DNA of 64,000 bases from Paraspadella gotoi (taxonomy: Eukaryota; Animalia; Chaetognatha): contig CM119270.1 in the NCBI GenBank assembly GCA_051294375.1, forward strand, positions 11,077,626 through 11,141,625, given 5' to 3'. The translations under genes were made by a program, and so were the position numbers. The notes below the pieces were generated by a model. The model was not told the origin of the DNA. It was given only the letters and a program-made list of their open reading frames with translations, and did no database searches. This document shows positions 1 to 15,071 of this stretch, piece by piece (within the stretch, counting starts at the first letter, position 1; each line of letters opens with the position of its first letter).

Positions 1-803
1 AAAAAAATGAAAAAATTCGAATGTGAAAATTACGTGATTAACATTTTTATTTACGTTTTTTTGTAGTAAATACAGGAAACTTTTTNNNNNNNNNNNNNNN
101 NNNNNNNNNNNNNNNNNNNNNNNNNNNNNNNNNNNNNNNNNNNNNNNNNNNNNNNNNNNNNNNNNNNNNNNNNNNNNNNNNNNNNNNNNNNNNNNNNNNN
201 NNNNNNNNNNNNNNNNNNNNNNNNNNNNNNNNNNNNNNNNNNNNNNNNNNNNNNNNNNNNNNNNNNNNNNNNNNNNNNNNNNNNNNNNNNNNNNNNNNNN
301 NNNNNNNNNNNNNNNNNNNNNNNNNNNNNNNNGGGGGGTTACCATAATCCCTATCACGAACCCCCACCCATTTTTCTTTCCGATTTCGCCCTCACGTTCG
401 AAGAGAGGACCCAAAAACACATTTTCCCCCTCCAAGTAATATCTACTATTCACAATGAGTAGCAAACAGAATACACTTTTTCACTCGGGCAGTGACGTTG
501 TCAGCTAAACTTTTTTGTGTGAACTTGATTATTTGAAACTTTTTAACGTTGGGTAACACAGACTAGAAAATTAAATTTTTTTGACGTGTTCTCTTTTTTT
601 AAAATCGCTGCCACGCCTTTCGAATTTTGAAATATGAATCTCTGTTTCGGAAGAGAAGAGAGAAATAAAACCGAGGAGAGAGAAGAGAGAGAGGAGAGAA
701 GGGAGAGAGAGAACCCAGAGAGAAACGACGCAGAGAAAAAGAGAGAAAAAGAGAGAGAGCAGGGGAATTTGTTCTTTAAAAACGGTACGGTTAATTGTGG
801 AAA

Positions 804-839
<36 letters not shown>

Positions 840-1583
840 AGAGAGAGACAGAGAAGAGAGAGAGAGAGAGTAACAGCTGTCGGCTAGCGTCGTCTCTCTA
901 ATCTTGCCATTACTGTGATCGACTTATTAGGACAGAGGGTGGGAAAAGTCTTGCTGGGGTAAGAGAGGTGGGTATGTGAGGATGGATGTTGTGTGGAGGT
1001 AGGGAAGAGTCCAATAAGAAAGGAGCAGCGGCATTAGCGGCATTAGCGGCATTAGCGGCATTAGCGGCAAGGTTAAGAGTCAAATTCACTGTATTATCTT
1101 TTAATCTCGGCTCTCTCCTTCCTTTGTACGGTATCTTTGTTTGGTAACGATTTTGTGTTTTCATCGTTAATTAATTTTAGTTTTTGCCAGACAAAAATAT
1201 AACTTCCAGTCCGAATTTAGGTTAGTTTAAACTTTGATCTTTGAATGGTCTAATGATTTTTGGGGGTTTTGCCTCTAATCATTATTAGCGTAGTATGTCA
1301 TAAAGATAAAAATTTGGCCAGAGACTTTTTTTGGAGTATTAAAAAGTTTTTTTTTAACTACGCATCTTCACTTTGTCATCGTGAGTTTTGGAGAATTAAC
1401 TTAGACGGGCGCTCACGTTGAAGAGGCTGAAGAGTAAATAAATATTTGAAAGAAAAGAAATAAACAATAAAGAAATAAATAAACAGTTAACTAAATGAAA
1501 CTTTAAAAGAAGAAAAGAAGTTTTATAATACAAACTAAAAAAAAATTAGGCAACAGAAAAGTATGGAGAAAAGAAGAGAAGAG

Positions 1584-1619
<36 letters not shown>

Positions 1620-3070
1620 AGAAGAAGAGACGAAGAGAGAGAGAGAGAGAGAAAAAGAAGCGGAACTAAAAATATTGGATGAAGAAAATAAATCAAATTT
1701 CTATTTTTACGACCAAAAGGCAAGAGGGTATAGGGTAGAGGGATGAGGGTTTTTTGGCAAGACAGAGTGAAGACTGAAGAGGGGGATAAGGGGGGAGGGC
1801 AGGGGGGTTAAAGGGTAAAGTCGAATGTGAAGGGAAGGAGAAAAAAGGAAGAAAAAGTAAAGAGTTAGTTGTAAAACTCTAATTCTCAAAAATCTGAAAT
1901 CGTCACAGCTCGAAATAAAGAATTGAAAAAAGAAGTGGCGACCCGCTGTCGGTCACAAAGGGTGCAACAAAATTTATATCACTGCGTCGACTTTTGAGTT
2001 TTTTTGGCTGCTATGGCGACGGCGCCGTCGTCGGCTGGAGACGTAAAAGATTCGTCAACCTTAAAAACGTAAACATCTTTTTTACAGTTTACGTAAATAC
2101 GTACAAATGAATTTGGATGAAGAAGACAAAACAAAAACAAGATGCAGAAATATATAAAAAGAAATAACAACAAACTAAAACTATTCCAGACGGTGATGCA
2201 ACGAATATAAAAGAATCATATTTTTTTATGTGAAACTGTTTCATCTTTTTGTCTTTTCAGTCGTTGTCGTCGTCGTCTTCGTCGTCGCGGTCGCGACGTT
2301 GAAGACGTCAAAGATGATACATGAATCCATTTCTGTTTTGTGTTCCGGATGATTCGAGATCGAGAATCTTTTCCCACAGACGCATCCAGATTATGAAGGA
2401 GGTTAGCCCGCCGATTCTCCGCCCTGACGAGGATGCACCTTGATTCTTCTTTCCAGCATCACTTTTCATCGTCTTCTCATAAGGGGGTCTCTTCTCCTCT
2501 AACCCAACTTTTTTCACTTTCCTTTCCTTTGTCCTTTACTCCCTTGAAACTTCACTACTCCCTACCTTCACCCACTCTCTTCCTTTCCTGCTACTTTCAT
2601 TGAGATGGTTCTGTGGTTTCGTGTCTTCTTCTTTGTTTACATAACAAAACAAAAGCCTAACAACATATAAATACTTTTATTTTTGAGAATCAATGAGGTT
2701 AAGACATTTACTGTTTGTTTTTTGAAGATTTCCGCAATTTTTGTCAATGTCCGATGGGATAGAAATAAAGAAACAAAGAAGGTTAAATATTTATTAATAA
2801 TCATCATTTTGGGCTTAGCCTGTTTAACCGCAAGTGTTCTTTAAAATTAAATAAAAACGAAAGTAAAAAAAAAAATAAACGGAGTTACAATTTATTCTGA
2901 GACAGAGAGGTTCCTCTGGGTCTAAGCGCAAAAAGGTAATGAGTAATTAACCGCGTCGTCTGGTAAGAGTTAAAAGGGGAGAGTGCTCTGAGTCAAAATC
3001 TTTAGGGTCAAAGATGAAGAGAGGGTTAGGGTGAGGGTGAGAGAAAGGGTGAGAGAAAGTGTGAGAGAGA
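1..3070 (+). repeat. Segmental direct duplication, copy 1 (copy 2 at ~6049-9050)
   Basis: Unique landmarks recur in the same order about 6 kb later, e.g. 'agtaatatctactattcacaa', (GCGGCATTA)n, 'ggcgacggcgccgtcgtcggctgga' and 'cccacagacgcatccagattatga'. May extend left of the window. Confidence 0.9.
1028..1069 (+). repeat. 9-bp minisatellite (GCGGCATTA) x4.7
   Basis: Directly visible tandem units; a noisy copy lies at ~7030-7069. Confidence 0.9.
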
Positions 3071-4595
3071 AGGCAGGGAGAGGGTGAGGGACGACGGACG
3101 ATGACGAGACGGATGAATACGACGACAAGAGAGGAAAAACGAAATGAGTCAATTTTCGACAAAAAAAACTTTCTTAGAGAGAGAGGAGGGAAAATGAGGG
3201 AGGGGAGAGAGAAGAGAAGAGAGAGAGAGAGAGAGGAAGAGAGAGGGAGGAGAGTGAGAAGGAGAGAGAGGACGGAGGGGAGAAGAGTGGAGGAGAAGAG
3301 AAGAGAGAGAGAGAAGAGAGAGCGAGAGAGGATGAGAGAGAGAGAAAGAACGGAGAGATGGGAAGAGCAGAGAGAAGAGACGAGAGCGGAGAGAGAGAGA
3401 GACAAAAGAGAGAGAGAGAGAGAGAGGATTGGGCTCGATTTCCGTCGTCGTCTTCGGCATATTAGCGAACGTCTTCTTTTTTAGGATTTATAATTACATA
3501 TATATTGATAATTAATTATATTAATATTATAACTTCTCTCTTCTTTTCTTCATTGGCTTTTTTTTTCACTGACTTGAAATATTTTCCCAATCTTTTATTA
3601 ATGTTTCTTAAAAATTATACAAAATACTTTTTTTCTTTACTTACCTCCCTTTTCTGATAATTACAATGAAACCGTTTAAAAAACGCAGCTTATGATTTAA
3701 ATGTTGCATTAGGATCTTAAACAGAATCGATGAAATAAAAGACATGTTATCCGAGGATTACAATGACTCAGTTTCCCGGCCAACCGCGTCTCAGATTTAA
3801 AGTCTTTAATTTTGGACAAAAAAACGTCATAGCAGAATCTACGTAAAAATGCCCCGCATGAGCTATTAAAAATTTCGGCAAACCGAGGGAAGGAATATGA
3901 AATTGTAAAGTAGTTCATTAATAATAAACTGAAATATGGGTTTCTTACTTATTGTCCAAAGAAGCACCCCCTCTTCGTGTGTTTAAAATTTAGTTTTTGG
4001 GCGGTGCAACTTAAAGACTAGGTTTAGCGTTGGGAAATCTGAATTATTTTAGGACAAAAGTTAGGATTTCTTTTAAATTAGAGAGGAGAATTGGTTATGG
4101 ATTTAATAAGAAATGTAATTTAGATTAGGGTTTATGTAAATTTTAGGCTCGCTTAGAACAGAAAATATTGCCGGAAAAGGTCTTTTTTTTCTTAAACTGG
4201 TCTTTTTTTTTTCCTCTAACACATGACAGATTAGAGATAGTGAGAGAAAAAATCCGGAAAAGACTCCGCCGCCCAACCGTCACATATTTTTTCTCCGAAA
4301 CGGCGTTTGACCCCCGAAAAGGCCGTTGCCCGCCCCACCAACGTCAAGATGGCAACATTGTGCCTCCCTCTTTCCCAAAACAGAATCTCCGCTCGTTAAT
4401 TTTGAAAATAAAATTTCTCTCAACAAGCAAAAAAAAAAAAAAAAAAAATATTTGTGTTTTTGAAAAAAGTTTCTTGTTTTTCGTTTAAGATTAGTGAAGA
4501 AAAGTAAAGTAAAAACAAAGGAAATTTTGTTTACTACGAACTTTGCTTCGGCCACAACAAGAGAGAAAGACAGAGAGAGAGAGAAGGAGAGAGGG

Positions 4596-4640
<45 letters not shown>

Positions 4641-5880
4641 AGAGGAAGAGAAGAGAGACCACCGCACAGTTTATTTGCGGAATCGTGATCGGTCGCTTCT
4701 GCTATATTAGTTTAACGGTGTGGAGGGGTTTTTGAGGGTTTAAACTCTCAGTCTCTTCTCTCTCTCTCGTTCTCTCTCTCTCTCTCTCTCCCCTCTCCTC
4801 TCTCTCTCTCTCTCTCTCCTCTCTCTACCTCTCTCTCTCTCTCTCTCTCTTTCTTTTCTCTCCTCTTCTCTCTCCTCATAGCCGAGAGGGAAAAGGGGGG
4901 GAGGAAAAAAAAACGACGAGCAAGAAAATTCACCTCCCGTTGTTTAACCAAACAACGAATTGTTGTGAAATAACCTCAAATTTATTTTTTTAAATAAAAA
5001 ACTGGAGGGAGAGAGAGAGGGAAAGGAAGGGAAAGGGAAGGAAGATTGTGAAGCAAAAAATTAGTATGGGAAGAAAGGAAAAGAAGAGAGAAGAAGAAGA
5101 AAAAAAAAAATGCCCGTACAAAAAAAAAATTGATCCTAAAAAAAGCGGGGGGAAAGAAGGAGGAAGGAGGAAGGAGAGAAGGAGGAGAGAGAAGGAGGAC
5201 CGCCCTATGCCGCGCCGTTCATTGTCGGCCACTCGACATGGAATGCTGGTGTGGGTTTAAGGCAGAGGAGAAGAAATGAAGGGAGGAAAAGAGGATGAGA
5301 TGAGGGGAGAAAATTGAAATTCTCGAGAGAATTTATGTATGACGAATGTTTACATTTTTTAATGTAGCCTAACCTAATTGTAAATTTGTATATGTCTTGG
5401 AAGGGTTTATTTTTTTCCACGAAGTTTAAATTTTGTTCACATATTTTGTTTGAATCGATTATTCTGTTTATACCGGAATTCACAATGACTGAAACTGGAA
5501 ACGCCGCCGAAAACGCGTGTTGAATGGTTACCCGAGTCACTTCACAACCAACCCTTCTCCCTGAGGTCACGTTTCTTATCGCCTTGTGGTCGGATCATCT
5601 TTTTCGATCGCTGAAAATGGAAAACGAAGCAATCGCGCCGAATTCTTGGAATTGACGCCCTCCGCTCTTGCTAATAGTCACATAATTATAAAAATTCGTT
5701 TAAATTATTTCATGTAAAATGTAATAAAAATCGACTGATTATAAAAAGGTAATTTTATAATACTAATTAGTTAAAATACATTCCATAAAATTCGCGCGAA
5801 ACAAACTGCCACTCAGGGTGCGTTTACTTTACATTTAACACTCACTACTCTCTCTCTGCTCACACTCCACTTTCTCTTCT

Positions 5881-5914
<34 letters not shown>

Positions 5915-6048
5915 CTCTCTCTCCCTCTCTTCTTCTCTCTCTTTCTTCATCTCTCTCTCTCTCTCTCTCTCCTCTCTCCCTCTCCTCTCTCTCTCTCTTT
6001 CCCTTCGCCCTCTCCTCATCGGTATCGATGCTCCATGCCACCTGCGAA

Positions 6049-9000
6049 AAAAAAAAAATGAAAAAAAAAATTACGAAGTGGAAATTACGTATGATTAAAC
6101 ATTTTTTAAGTTTACGTTTTTTGTTCTAGGGTAAATAAATACAGAAACTTTTTTCATTCGAAGATTTAAAAAAAAAAACAACTGCCCAGTGAAAGAATCC
6201 TCAGAGCAAAAAAAATATTAAATTTAAAAAATTGTAAAAAAAAAAACTAACAGAGTTAGAAAGAATGTGAGTAGAGAAAAAAAGATAAAACAATAGACCC
6301 AATGAAATCAATAAAACCTCGATTCCTCCAGGCAGGGGGGGGTTACCATAACCCTAATCACGATACCCCCACCATTTTCTTTCCGATTTCCCCTCACTCG
6401 AAAGAAGGACCCAAAAAAACACATTTCCCCCTCCATTAGTAATATCTACTATTCACAAGAGTAGCAAACAGAAACACTTTTCACTCGGCAGTGACTTTCA
6501 GCTCCTAAAACTTGTTGTTAACTATTATTGAAACTTTTTTAACTTGGTAACACAGATAGTAAATTAATTTTACGTTTCTCTTTTTTTTAAAAATCTCTTG
6601 CCTATCTCTCTTGAATTTTGAAATATGAATGCTTCTGTTCCGGAAGAAGAGAGAAAGAGAGAGAAGAGAAGAAGAAGATTAGAAGAAGAGATATTAGAAA
6701 ATAGAAAGAAAAGAAGGAAGAGAAAAGAGAGGGGATATTTTCTTTTAAACGGAGCGCGTTAATTGTATATATTATATATATATGAGAGAAGAGGAGAGGA
6801 TAAGATGATATATGAGAAAGAGAGAAGAGAGAATATATATATATTATGAGAAGAGAGGAGAGAGGAGAGAGATGAGGAGAAGAGAATAACAGCTGTCCCT
6901 ACGTGTCTCTCTAATTTGCCCATTACTGTATCGACTTATTAGACAGAGGGTGGAAAAATTCTTGCTGGGTAAGAGTGCTGTATGTGAGATGATGTTGTGT
7001 GGAGTAGGAAGAGATCCAATAAAAAGAGCAGCGCATTAGCGCATTAGCGCATTAGCGGCATTAGCGGCAAGGTTAAGAGTCAAATGCATGCTTGTATTAA
7101 TCTTTTAATCCTCGCATCTTCCTGCGTCTGTATCTTTTGTAAACGATTTGTGTTTTCATCGTTAATTATTTTATTTGCCAGACAAAAATATAAACTCCAT
7201 CCGAATTTAGCGGGTTAGTTTAAACTTTATCTATTGTCTAATGATTTTCCTCTAATCTTATAGCGTAGTATGTCATAAAGATAAAAATTTGGCCAGAGAC
7301 TTTTTTGGGCAGTATTAAAAAGTTTTGTTTTTAACACGCATCTTCACTTTTTATCGTGAGTTTATGGGAATTAAACTTAGACGGGCGCTCTATCTGTTAT
7401 ATCTATATATATATATAAATATTTGAAAGAAAAGAAATAAACAATAAAGAAATAAATAAACAGTTTAAACTAAATGAAACTTTAAAAGAAGAAAAGAAAG
7501 TTTTATAATTACAAACTAAAAAAAAATTAGAACAGAGAAAGTAAGAGAGAAGAGAGAGAGAGAGAGAGGAGAAGAGAGAGAGAGAGAAGAGAGAGACAGA
7601 GAGAGAGAGAGAGAATAAAGAAGGGAACTAAAAATATTGGATGAAGAGAAAAATAAACAAATTTTCTATTTTTACACCAAAAGCAAGGGTTATAGGTTAG
7701 AGGGATGAGGGTTTTTAGCAAACAGAGTTGAAGATTGAAGAGGGGATAAGGGGAGGTCAGGGGGTTAAAGGGTAAAGTCGAATGGAAGCGAAGAGAAAAA
7801 AAGGAAGAAAAAGTAAAGAGTTTAGTTGTAAAACTCTAATCTCCAAAAAATCTGAAATCGTCACAGCTCTAAAAATAAAAATTGAAAAAAAATGGCACCC
7901 GCTGTCGTCACAAAGGAGTTGCACAAAATTTATATCACGGCGTCGACTTTGAGTTTTTTTGGCTTGCTATGGCGACGGCGCCGTCGTCGGCTGGAACTAA
8001 AAAAGATCGTCAACCGTAAAAAACGTAAACATCTTTTTTACAGTTTACGTAAATGACTACAAATGGGAAGTTGGATGAAAGACAAAACAAAAACAAGATG
8101 CAGAAAATATATAAAAAGGAAATAACAACAAACTAAAACTATTCCAACGTATGCTACAATATAAAAGAATCATATTTTTTTTATGGAAACTGTTTCATTC
8201 TTTTTGTCTTTTCAGTCGTTTTTGTTCGTCCGTCTTCGTCTCGCTGACGCGACGATGAAGAACGTCACAACGATGATACATGATCCATTTCTGTTTTTGT
8301 TCCGGAAGGATCGAGATCGAAATCTTTTTCCCACAGACGCATCCAGATTATGAAAGGAGGTTAGCCCCCGATTCTCCGCCCTGACAGGATGCCAACCTTG
8401 ATTCTTCTTTCCAGCATCACTTGTCTCGTCTCTCATAAGGGTCTCTTCTCTCTAACCCAACTTTTTTCACTTTCCTTTCCTTTTGCCTTTACTTCCCTTG
8501 AAACTTCACTACTTCCCTACCTTCACCCACTCTCTTCCTTCCTGCTACTTCATTGAATGGTTCTGTGTTTCGTGTCTTCTTCTTTTACATAACAAAACAA
8601 AAGCCTAAACAACATATAATACTTTTATTTTGAGAATCAATGAGGTAAACATTACTGTTTTTTTTTTGAAGATTTCCGCAAATTTTGTCAATGTCCATGG
8701 ATAGAAATAAAAAACAAAGCAAGGTTAAATTATTATAATAATCAGTCATTTTGGCCTAGCCTGTTTAAACGCAAGATGTTCTTTAAAAATTAAAATAAAA
8801 ACGAAAGTAAAAAAAAAAAAAACGGAAGTTTACAATTTATTCTGAGACAGAGAGGTTCCTCTGGTCTTCTAAGCGCCCAAAAGGTAATGAGTAATTAACC
8901 GCTCGTCTTCGGGTAAAGAGTTAAAAGGAGAGCTTCATCAAATCTTTAGGGTAAAGATAAGAGAGGTTAGGTGAGGGCTGAGAGAAAGTTGAAGAGAAAA

Positions 9001-9050
9001 GTGTAGAAGAAGCAGGAGAGTGAGGAGAGGCAGGGATAGTTGAGGAAGAG
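6049..9050 (+). repeat. Segmental direct duplication, copy 2 (indel-rich, raw-long-read-like)
   Basis: Colinear with 1-3070 but with many 1-nt indels. It supplies sequence (~6154-6335) where copy 1 has the N gap 86-332, and is followed by a 25-N gap at 9271-9295. Confidence 0.85.
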
Positions 9051-9295
9051 TGTGAGAGGAGATGGAGAGGTGAAGAGAGGCAGGAGGAGGTGAGGGTGAG
9101 GGTGAGAAAAGGCGTAAGAAGAGTGTGAGAAAGAGGCAGGGAGAGAAGTGAGGAGAGGGCAGGGATAGGTGAGGAGAGGGTAGAGAGAGGGATGGGAGAG
9201 TAGAGGAGAGGCAGGGAGAGGTTAGGTGAGGTGAGGAGAAAGGTGAGAAGAGTGTGAGAAAGCAGGGAGANNNNNNNNNNNNNNNNNNNNNNNNN

Positions 9296-9388
9296 AGAGT
9301 GAGGGAGAGGGTGAGAGAGAGGGCACGGAGAGGGTGAGAGAGAGGGAACGGAGAGGGTGAGAGATAGGGCACGGAGAGGGTGAGGGAG
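9296..9388 (+). repeat. ~23-bp purine-rich minisatellite (GAGAGGGTGAGAGAGAGGGCACG)
   Basis: 3-4 visible units; degenerate relatives at 8960-9270. Confidence 0.7.
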
Positions 9389-10282
9389 TGGGATGGAAAA
9401 CGGGTAAGGTAGAAGCAGAGGAAGAAGATTGAGCCTTGATAAAATTGTTGGGTAGAGGGATTTCAACTGTCGACAGGAATAGCTTTAGTTTCAGTTTTAC
9501 ATCGGTACTTTGTATTTTGATTACGATTTTCTTAAAATTGAAGAATATCTAGATTAGTTTTTATTTCATCAAAATCACCATATAACGATAGCGATAACGA
9601 TTGAAAATAATCATTTATGGAGAACGTTTCAGGTCATTCTCTAATTACTAAAGCTTTTTTTATATTCAAACGCTGAAAATTTAAATATTTAAACTATCAT
9701 AACATTTGAAAGTTGCTGACAAAAATAATCTTACAGAATAATCAATGAGTTTCTTAACGTTGATAGTGTTAACAAGAAATTTGGCTTGGTTTGTTCTTTT
9801 TTTTTCCGGTGAACATGACTTTATTGATCACTCGCTAGGGGTCTGTTTAGTAAGGCTTGTTAAAAAAAAAGGGAAACAATCATATTGAAGGCGAATTATT
9901 GGAATTGCCGTTACATATCAAATCCCCAGAAACTTGGAATTATCTATCTTAAAAAATATTCTGGAATTCTAAAAACTTAAAGATAACTCCCAAAAACACA
10001 TTTTTTTCCTGCCTATTCATCTGCCTTAAAGATAAAAAAATAAACTCATTTCCACCGTTACTTAACTTTTCCCGCATCATTATTGGTCATAAGTTATAAA
10101 TTATAAGTTTCCCTGCGGTTTCAAAATTAATCGTTACTAGGCAACCAAAACCACCTCTTGCTTTCTTCTTTATTTTTGTGGTAGTTCATTTTTTTGTTTT
10201 CTGTGATTTTTATAACGGAATTTCGGACTTCGAACTCGAGAGGGATTTTAAAATCGGTGAGGGAATGAGACACTCAACACAT

Positions 10283-10345
<63 letters not shown>

Positions 10346-12510
10346 AGCGCTCCCCTTTTGAAGTAAAAATTTATAGTATGCATATACGTAGTTGTAGAGT
10401 AATTTACTATTTGGCTTTTGTTAATAATTTCGTAAAAATTTGAAGAGAAAAGCAAAGGGAATTGCAGATTGAAAAAAAAATCAATAACAATGAAATATAA
10501 AATTTCAAACGCCCTCATGCGGGATCTAAGTCGTTCACAAAGCTCGCGTTAAGTATATTCCAAACTTCGCTTTCTTATTAATCTGTACAAATTAAAGTTG
10601 TAGTTTAAACAGTTAAAATATAGTTCTGTATCGAACTGCCGCTGGATCTGATTCGAACTAACCCTTTCAAAACTCTGACTTTGAGCCTAATCTCTGAAAA
10701 GGACGTGGAATGACTCTTCAAACCCGTCGAGTGCCTCCTTCCTGATAACGGGCATTTTAGTTTCCTTCGAAAACTTATGCGAAGAGTTTCGTGAAAAAAT
10801 ATCGGCTGTGTTTAACTTTTCTAACTGACTAAATTCTATCGATAACTGTTAACTAACGATAGATCTTTGCAATAAAAATAAAAATATAAATTATTGCCTA
10901 ATTTTATTAGGTTATAAAATTTTTTATGAATTGATAACTTTTTTTTATTAGAATAGAGTCTAAATGTAAAATTATTGTCTTTTGTTTAAAAAAAAGTACA
11001 TGAATCATTCAGTTATGTAAATCATTAGTTGTGACTCGGGCCAGGCTCGCGACTACTAGCGCAGCCGTTTCTTTCTCAGGAATATTCAGATTTTTGGCAG
11101 AAGACCAGTTTGTGATAGAGAAAAAAATGGATTCGTCAGTAGAGTTTAGTGATAACCTTTTAGATATGATAACATAGTTAATAATAAAATAATATTTTAT
11201 TATTCAACTTGGAACGTAGCCGAACAAAAGATAATTGGGAGCATCAATAAATTTTGTTATCGATCCTCTACACTCAACAGTGTGACAATCTTCTAACTGT
11301 CTTCAACGCCTCCGTAAATCAGACTGACACTTCGCCCTTTTCCCCCATCTGACGGCGAGGAAGTCAAGAAGAAGTTGGAGGAGTTGAATCTCAACAAAAA
11401 GATACAAACAAAAGAGGAATATTTTGTTTGCGGAAGATGAGATATAACTCCACCACTAACTCTCGACTCCAGATTTGGAGGATGGCAGGGAAATAGAATG
11501 AATTCCGTCAATTGGAGAAGTCTTCAGTTTTTTTTTCATGGCGATTTCTTGTTTGGTTTGTTGGTCTTTCGATTTTCATGGACTTCGATATTTTACAGGT
11601 TGAGTCGAAATTGTAGCAATGTGTCTAAGTTTTATTGGGAACGATTTTTTTAATGTGCGAGTTGAAATTATGGCTTCCTTTTTTGTATTACACGCTAATT
11701 ATGTTATTAGCAAAATGTTTTATTTTTTTCTTTTTCATTATAAACCCTAATTCAATAGTTTTCAAATAAAAGCTATCATTTTTCTTATGTTATGTTAAAT
11801 CAATACCTCAGTTAAATTGTTTTTTAAAAAAAGTTCAATAACCGCCAAAGAAATTTACAAAAAAAAATAATAAAAATGTCTGCATAAAGAATATTAGTTT
11901 TTAACAAATGTCTTATGAATAAACCTTTACTTCATCATTTTTGGATATAATTTATTTCGCAACGAATTAAAACCAAATCCTGTAGGCGTATTTTTTTCAT
12001 TTTCCAAAATACAAATAAAGTTAAATTTTTCTCATTTTTGAATTTTTCAATCAAATTTGACAATCATTACTTCTGGTTAATAATATTAAACTTTTAACTT
12101 TCAACTCTTATTTGATACCGAGATTAAATGTGACGAACTTCGACATCGTCGCGATATTTTTTTTTTTTTTTTTTGCGCTTTGGTCGTTTCGTTAATTTGT
12201 TTGTGTTCTCCCAGACGTTTTCCCCGTTCTTCCCACGCGTTCTTAGGCGTTCTCCTCGTGCGACGAGAGTCCGTTTCTGTATTAAGCTGTCTATCTTTTC
12301 TTTTCTTGTCTTCCTTTCTTCCTTCTTTTTCTTTTCCTTTCTTCTTTCTCTTCTCTTCTTTCTCCCCTTCTCTTGTCCCCCCTTCCCCTTATCTTTCTTT
12401 TCTTTCTTTCTTCTTTTCTTTCTTCTTTTTATTCTTTCTATCTCTTCTTCCTCGCTTACTCTCGTCTCTCCTCTCTCTTCTCTCTTCTCTTCTCTCTCTC
12501 TCGTCTCTCT

Positions 12511-12547
<37 letters not shown>

Positions 12548-12559
12548 TCTCTCGCATCC

Positions 12560-13120
12560 AGTTTCACTCATATGATTGATATTCTGGAACGAAAACATTC
12601 AAGTTAAATAGTATTACCCTCAACAAAATCTCAACTCGACTGCACAGCGAACCGGGCGCATGCCGGCAACAGTGGCAAGCCAGTGAAGCTCTCTCTCCCT
12701 CTCTCTCTCTCTCCTCTCATCTCTCTCTCTCTCTCTCTCTCTCTCTAATCGATTTCTTTCAATCTCCCCGCCCTTATTTCTTTCTTCAAATTTTCGCTCC
12801 TTTTTCTTTTCTAAGTTACTTTTTTTTATTCGCAAAACTTTTTTTTCTTCTAAATTTTTTCTTCCTTTAAATTTTCGAAAGAAAAAAAATCGAGCNNNNN
12901 NNNNNNNNNNNNNNNNNNNNCAAAAAAAGCATGTAGAGTGAGCAACCATCCAAGAAAAAAATACTATAGAATTGTTAAAAACCACATTAAACAATGAGAA
13001 CCCAAAAAATTATTGACGAAACATGAGAATCAATTTTTAAAAAATGTTTAAATTGTTCTTATTTTAAATCGTCAATGACAAACCTAACTCGATAACTATT
13101 CTTCTCTTCGCAATGTCTTA

Positions 13121-13168
<48 letters not shown>

Positions 13169-13699
13169 ATCTCCTCTCTCTCTCTCTCTCTCTCTCTACT
13201 CTCTCTCTCTCTCTCTCTCTCTCCTCTCTCATCTCTCTCTCCACTCTCTCTCTCTCTACTGGCAAATTATCTGCTCGAAACGCGTTATCTGTTCAATCGT
13301 TAACCCTGTGGCGGATTCTCCCACTTTCTCACGTGAAAAAATTGGATCTCCGGGTAATAAAACCTGGCGATAGTGAGACGAGGGGAAGAAGCGTCGCTGG
13401 AATGCGCGAGAGAATTCGTCTGTGAATTTCTTTTCGCTTCGATTTTCCTTTAATTGTGACACATATTACACATTACATTTAATTTTCATATCTCATTTAC
13501 TTTTAAATTTTTTCCTTCTAGATAAATATGATGAAAATTTACCTTTTTTTCTTCGCTTTTCTTCTATCTTCTTTCTTTCTTTTTTTTCTTTCTTTCTTTT
13601 CTTTCTTTCTTCTATCTTTCTTTCTTTCTTTCTTTTTCTTTCTTTCTTTCTTTCTTATCTTTCTTTTCTTTCTTCATCCACTATCTTGTCCTCTCTCTC

Positions 13700-13776
<77 letters not shown>

Positions 13777-13906
13777 AGTTCTCATTCACTCATATGATTG
13801 AATTCTGGAACGAAAACATCAAGTTAGAAATAGTATTACCCTCACAAAATCTCAAACTCGACTGCACAGCAAACCGGCGGCATGCCGGCAACAGTGCAAG
13901 CCAGTG

Positions 13907-13955
<49 letters not shown>

Positions 13956-14102
13956 ATCGATCTCTCAATTCTCCCGCCCTTATTTCTTTCTTCAAATTTT
14001 CGCTCCTTTTTTCTTTCTAAGTTGACTTTTTTATATTCGCAAAACTTTTTTTTCTTCTAAATTTTTTCTTCCTTTAAATTTTCGAAAGAAAAAAAAACGA
14101 GC
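12560..14102 (+). repeat. Direct duplication ~12560-12895 / ~13783-14102
   Basis: 'ttcactcatatgattga..ttctggaacgaaaacat..gcatgccggcaacagtg..aattttcgaaagaaaaaaaa' occurs twice, on either side of the 25-N gap at 12896-12920. Confidence 0.85.
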
Positions 14103-14293
14103 CGTACGAAAAAAACTAACGTATAATACGAACCCGCGTAAAATAATACCAGTCCAAAAAATCGCCGCTGTAAAATTACAATATCTCTCTCTCATCTTCT
14201 TCTCTCTCTCTCTCTCTCTCCTCTCTCTCCTCTCTCTCTCTCTCTGTTTGTCTGTTTGTCTGTTTGTCTGTTTGTCTGTCTTGTCTTCTATTC

Positions 14294-14366
<73 letters not shown>

Positions 14367-14529
14367 TTTCTCTCTCTCTCTCTTTCTCTTCTCTTTCTCT
14401 TCTCTCTCTTCTCCCCTTTTCGGTTCCGTTAAACCGCGAAAAAATTCATGTAAACCCTCGAAAAAAAAAAGAAAGAAATAATAATAATAAAAGAAGAAAA
14501 AATCGCGCTCTACTCTCTCTCTCCTCTCT

Positions 14530-14586
<57 letters not shown>

Positions 14587-15034
14587 CTCCTCTCTCTCCT
14601 CTCAGGCTTCCTCTTTGGCGTTCGTTGGAGCGTTAGATCAGAGTCCGGAGTATGTTTTTCCCTGCAGCGCCAGATCTATTCTCCAGAAGAAAGAAAGAAA
14701 AAAGAAAGAAAGAAAAAAAGAAAGAAAAGAAAGATAGAAGAACGAAAGAAAAAAGTTAAATTTTCATATTTATCTAGAAGAGAAAAAAAGATTTAAAAGT
14801 AAATGAGAATGAAAATTTAAATGTAAATGTGAATATGTGTCCAACAAACGGAAAATCGAAGCGAAAAGAAATTCACAGACGAATTCTCTCGCGATTCCAG
14901 CGACGCTTCTTCCCCTCGTCTCACTATCGCCAGGTTTTATACCCGGAGATCACAATTTTTTCACGTGAGAAAAGTGGGAGAATCCGCCACAGGTTAACGA
15001 TTGAACAGATAACGCGTTTCGAGCAGATAATTTG

Positions 15035-15071
<37 letters not shown>

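Noticed and set aside
2424-2470. CTGACGA + GATGC/GCATC stem (hammerhead?)
   Set aside because: No GAAA after the stem.
10837-10844. DRE motif TATCGATA
   Set aside because: A single 8-mer is expected by chance in 64 kb of AT-rich DNA.
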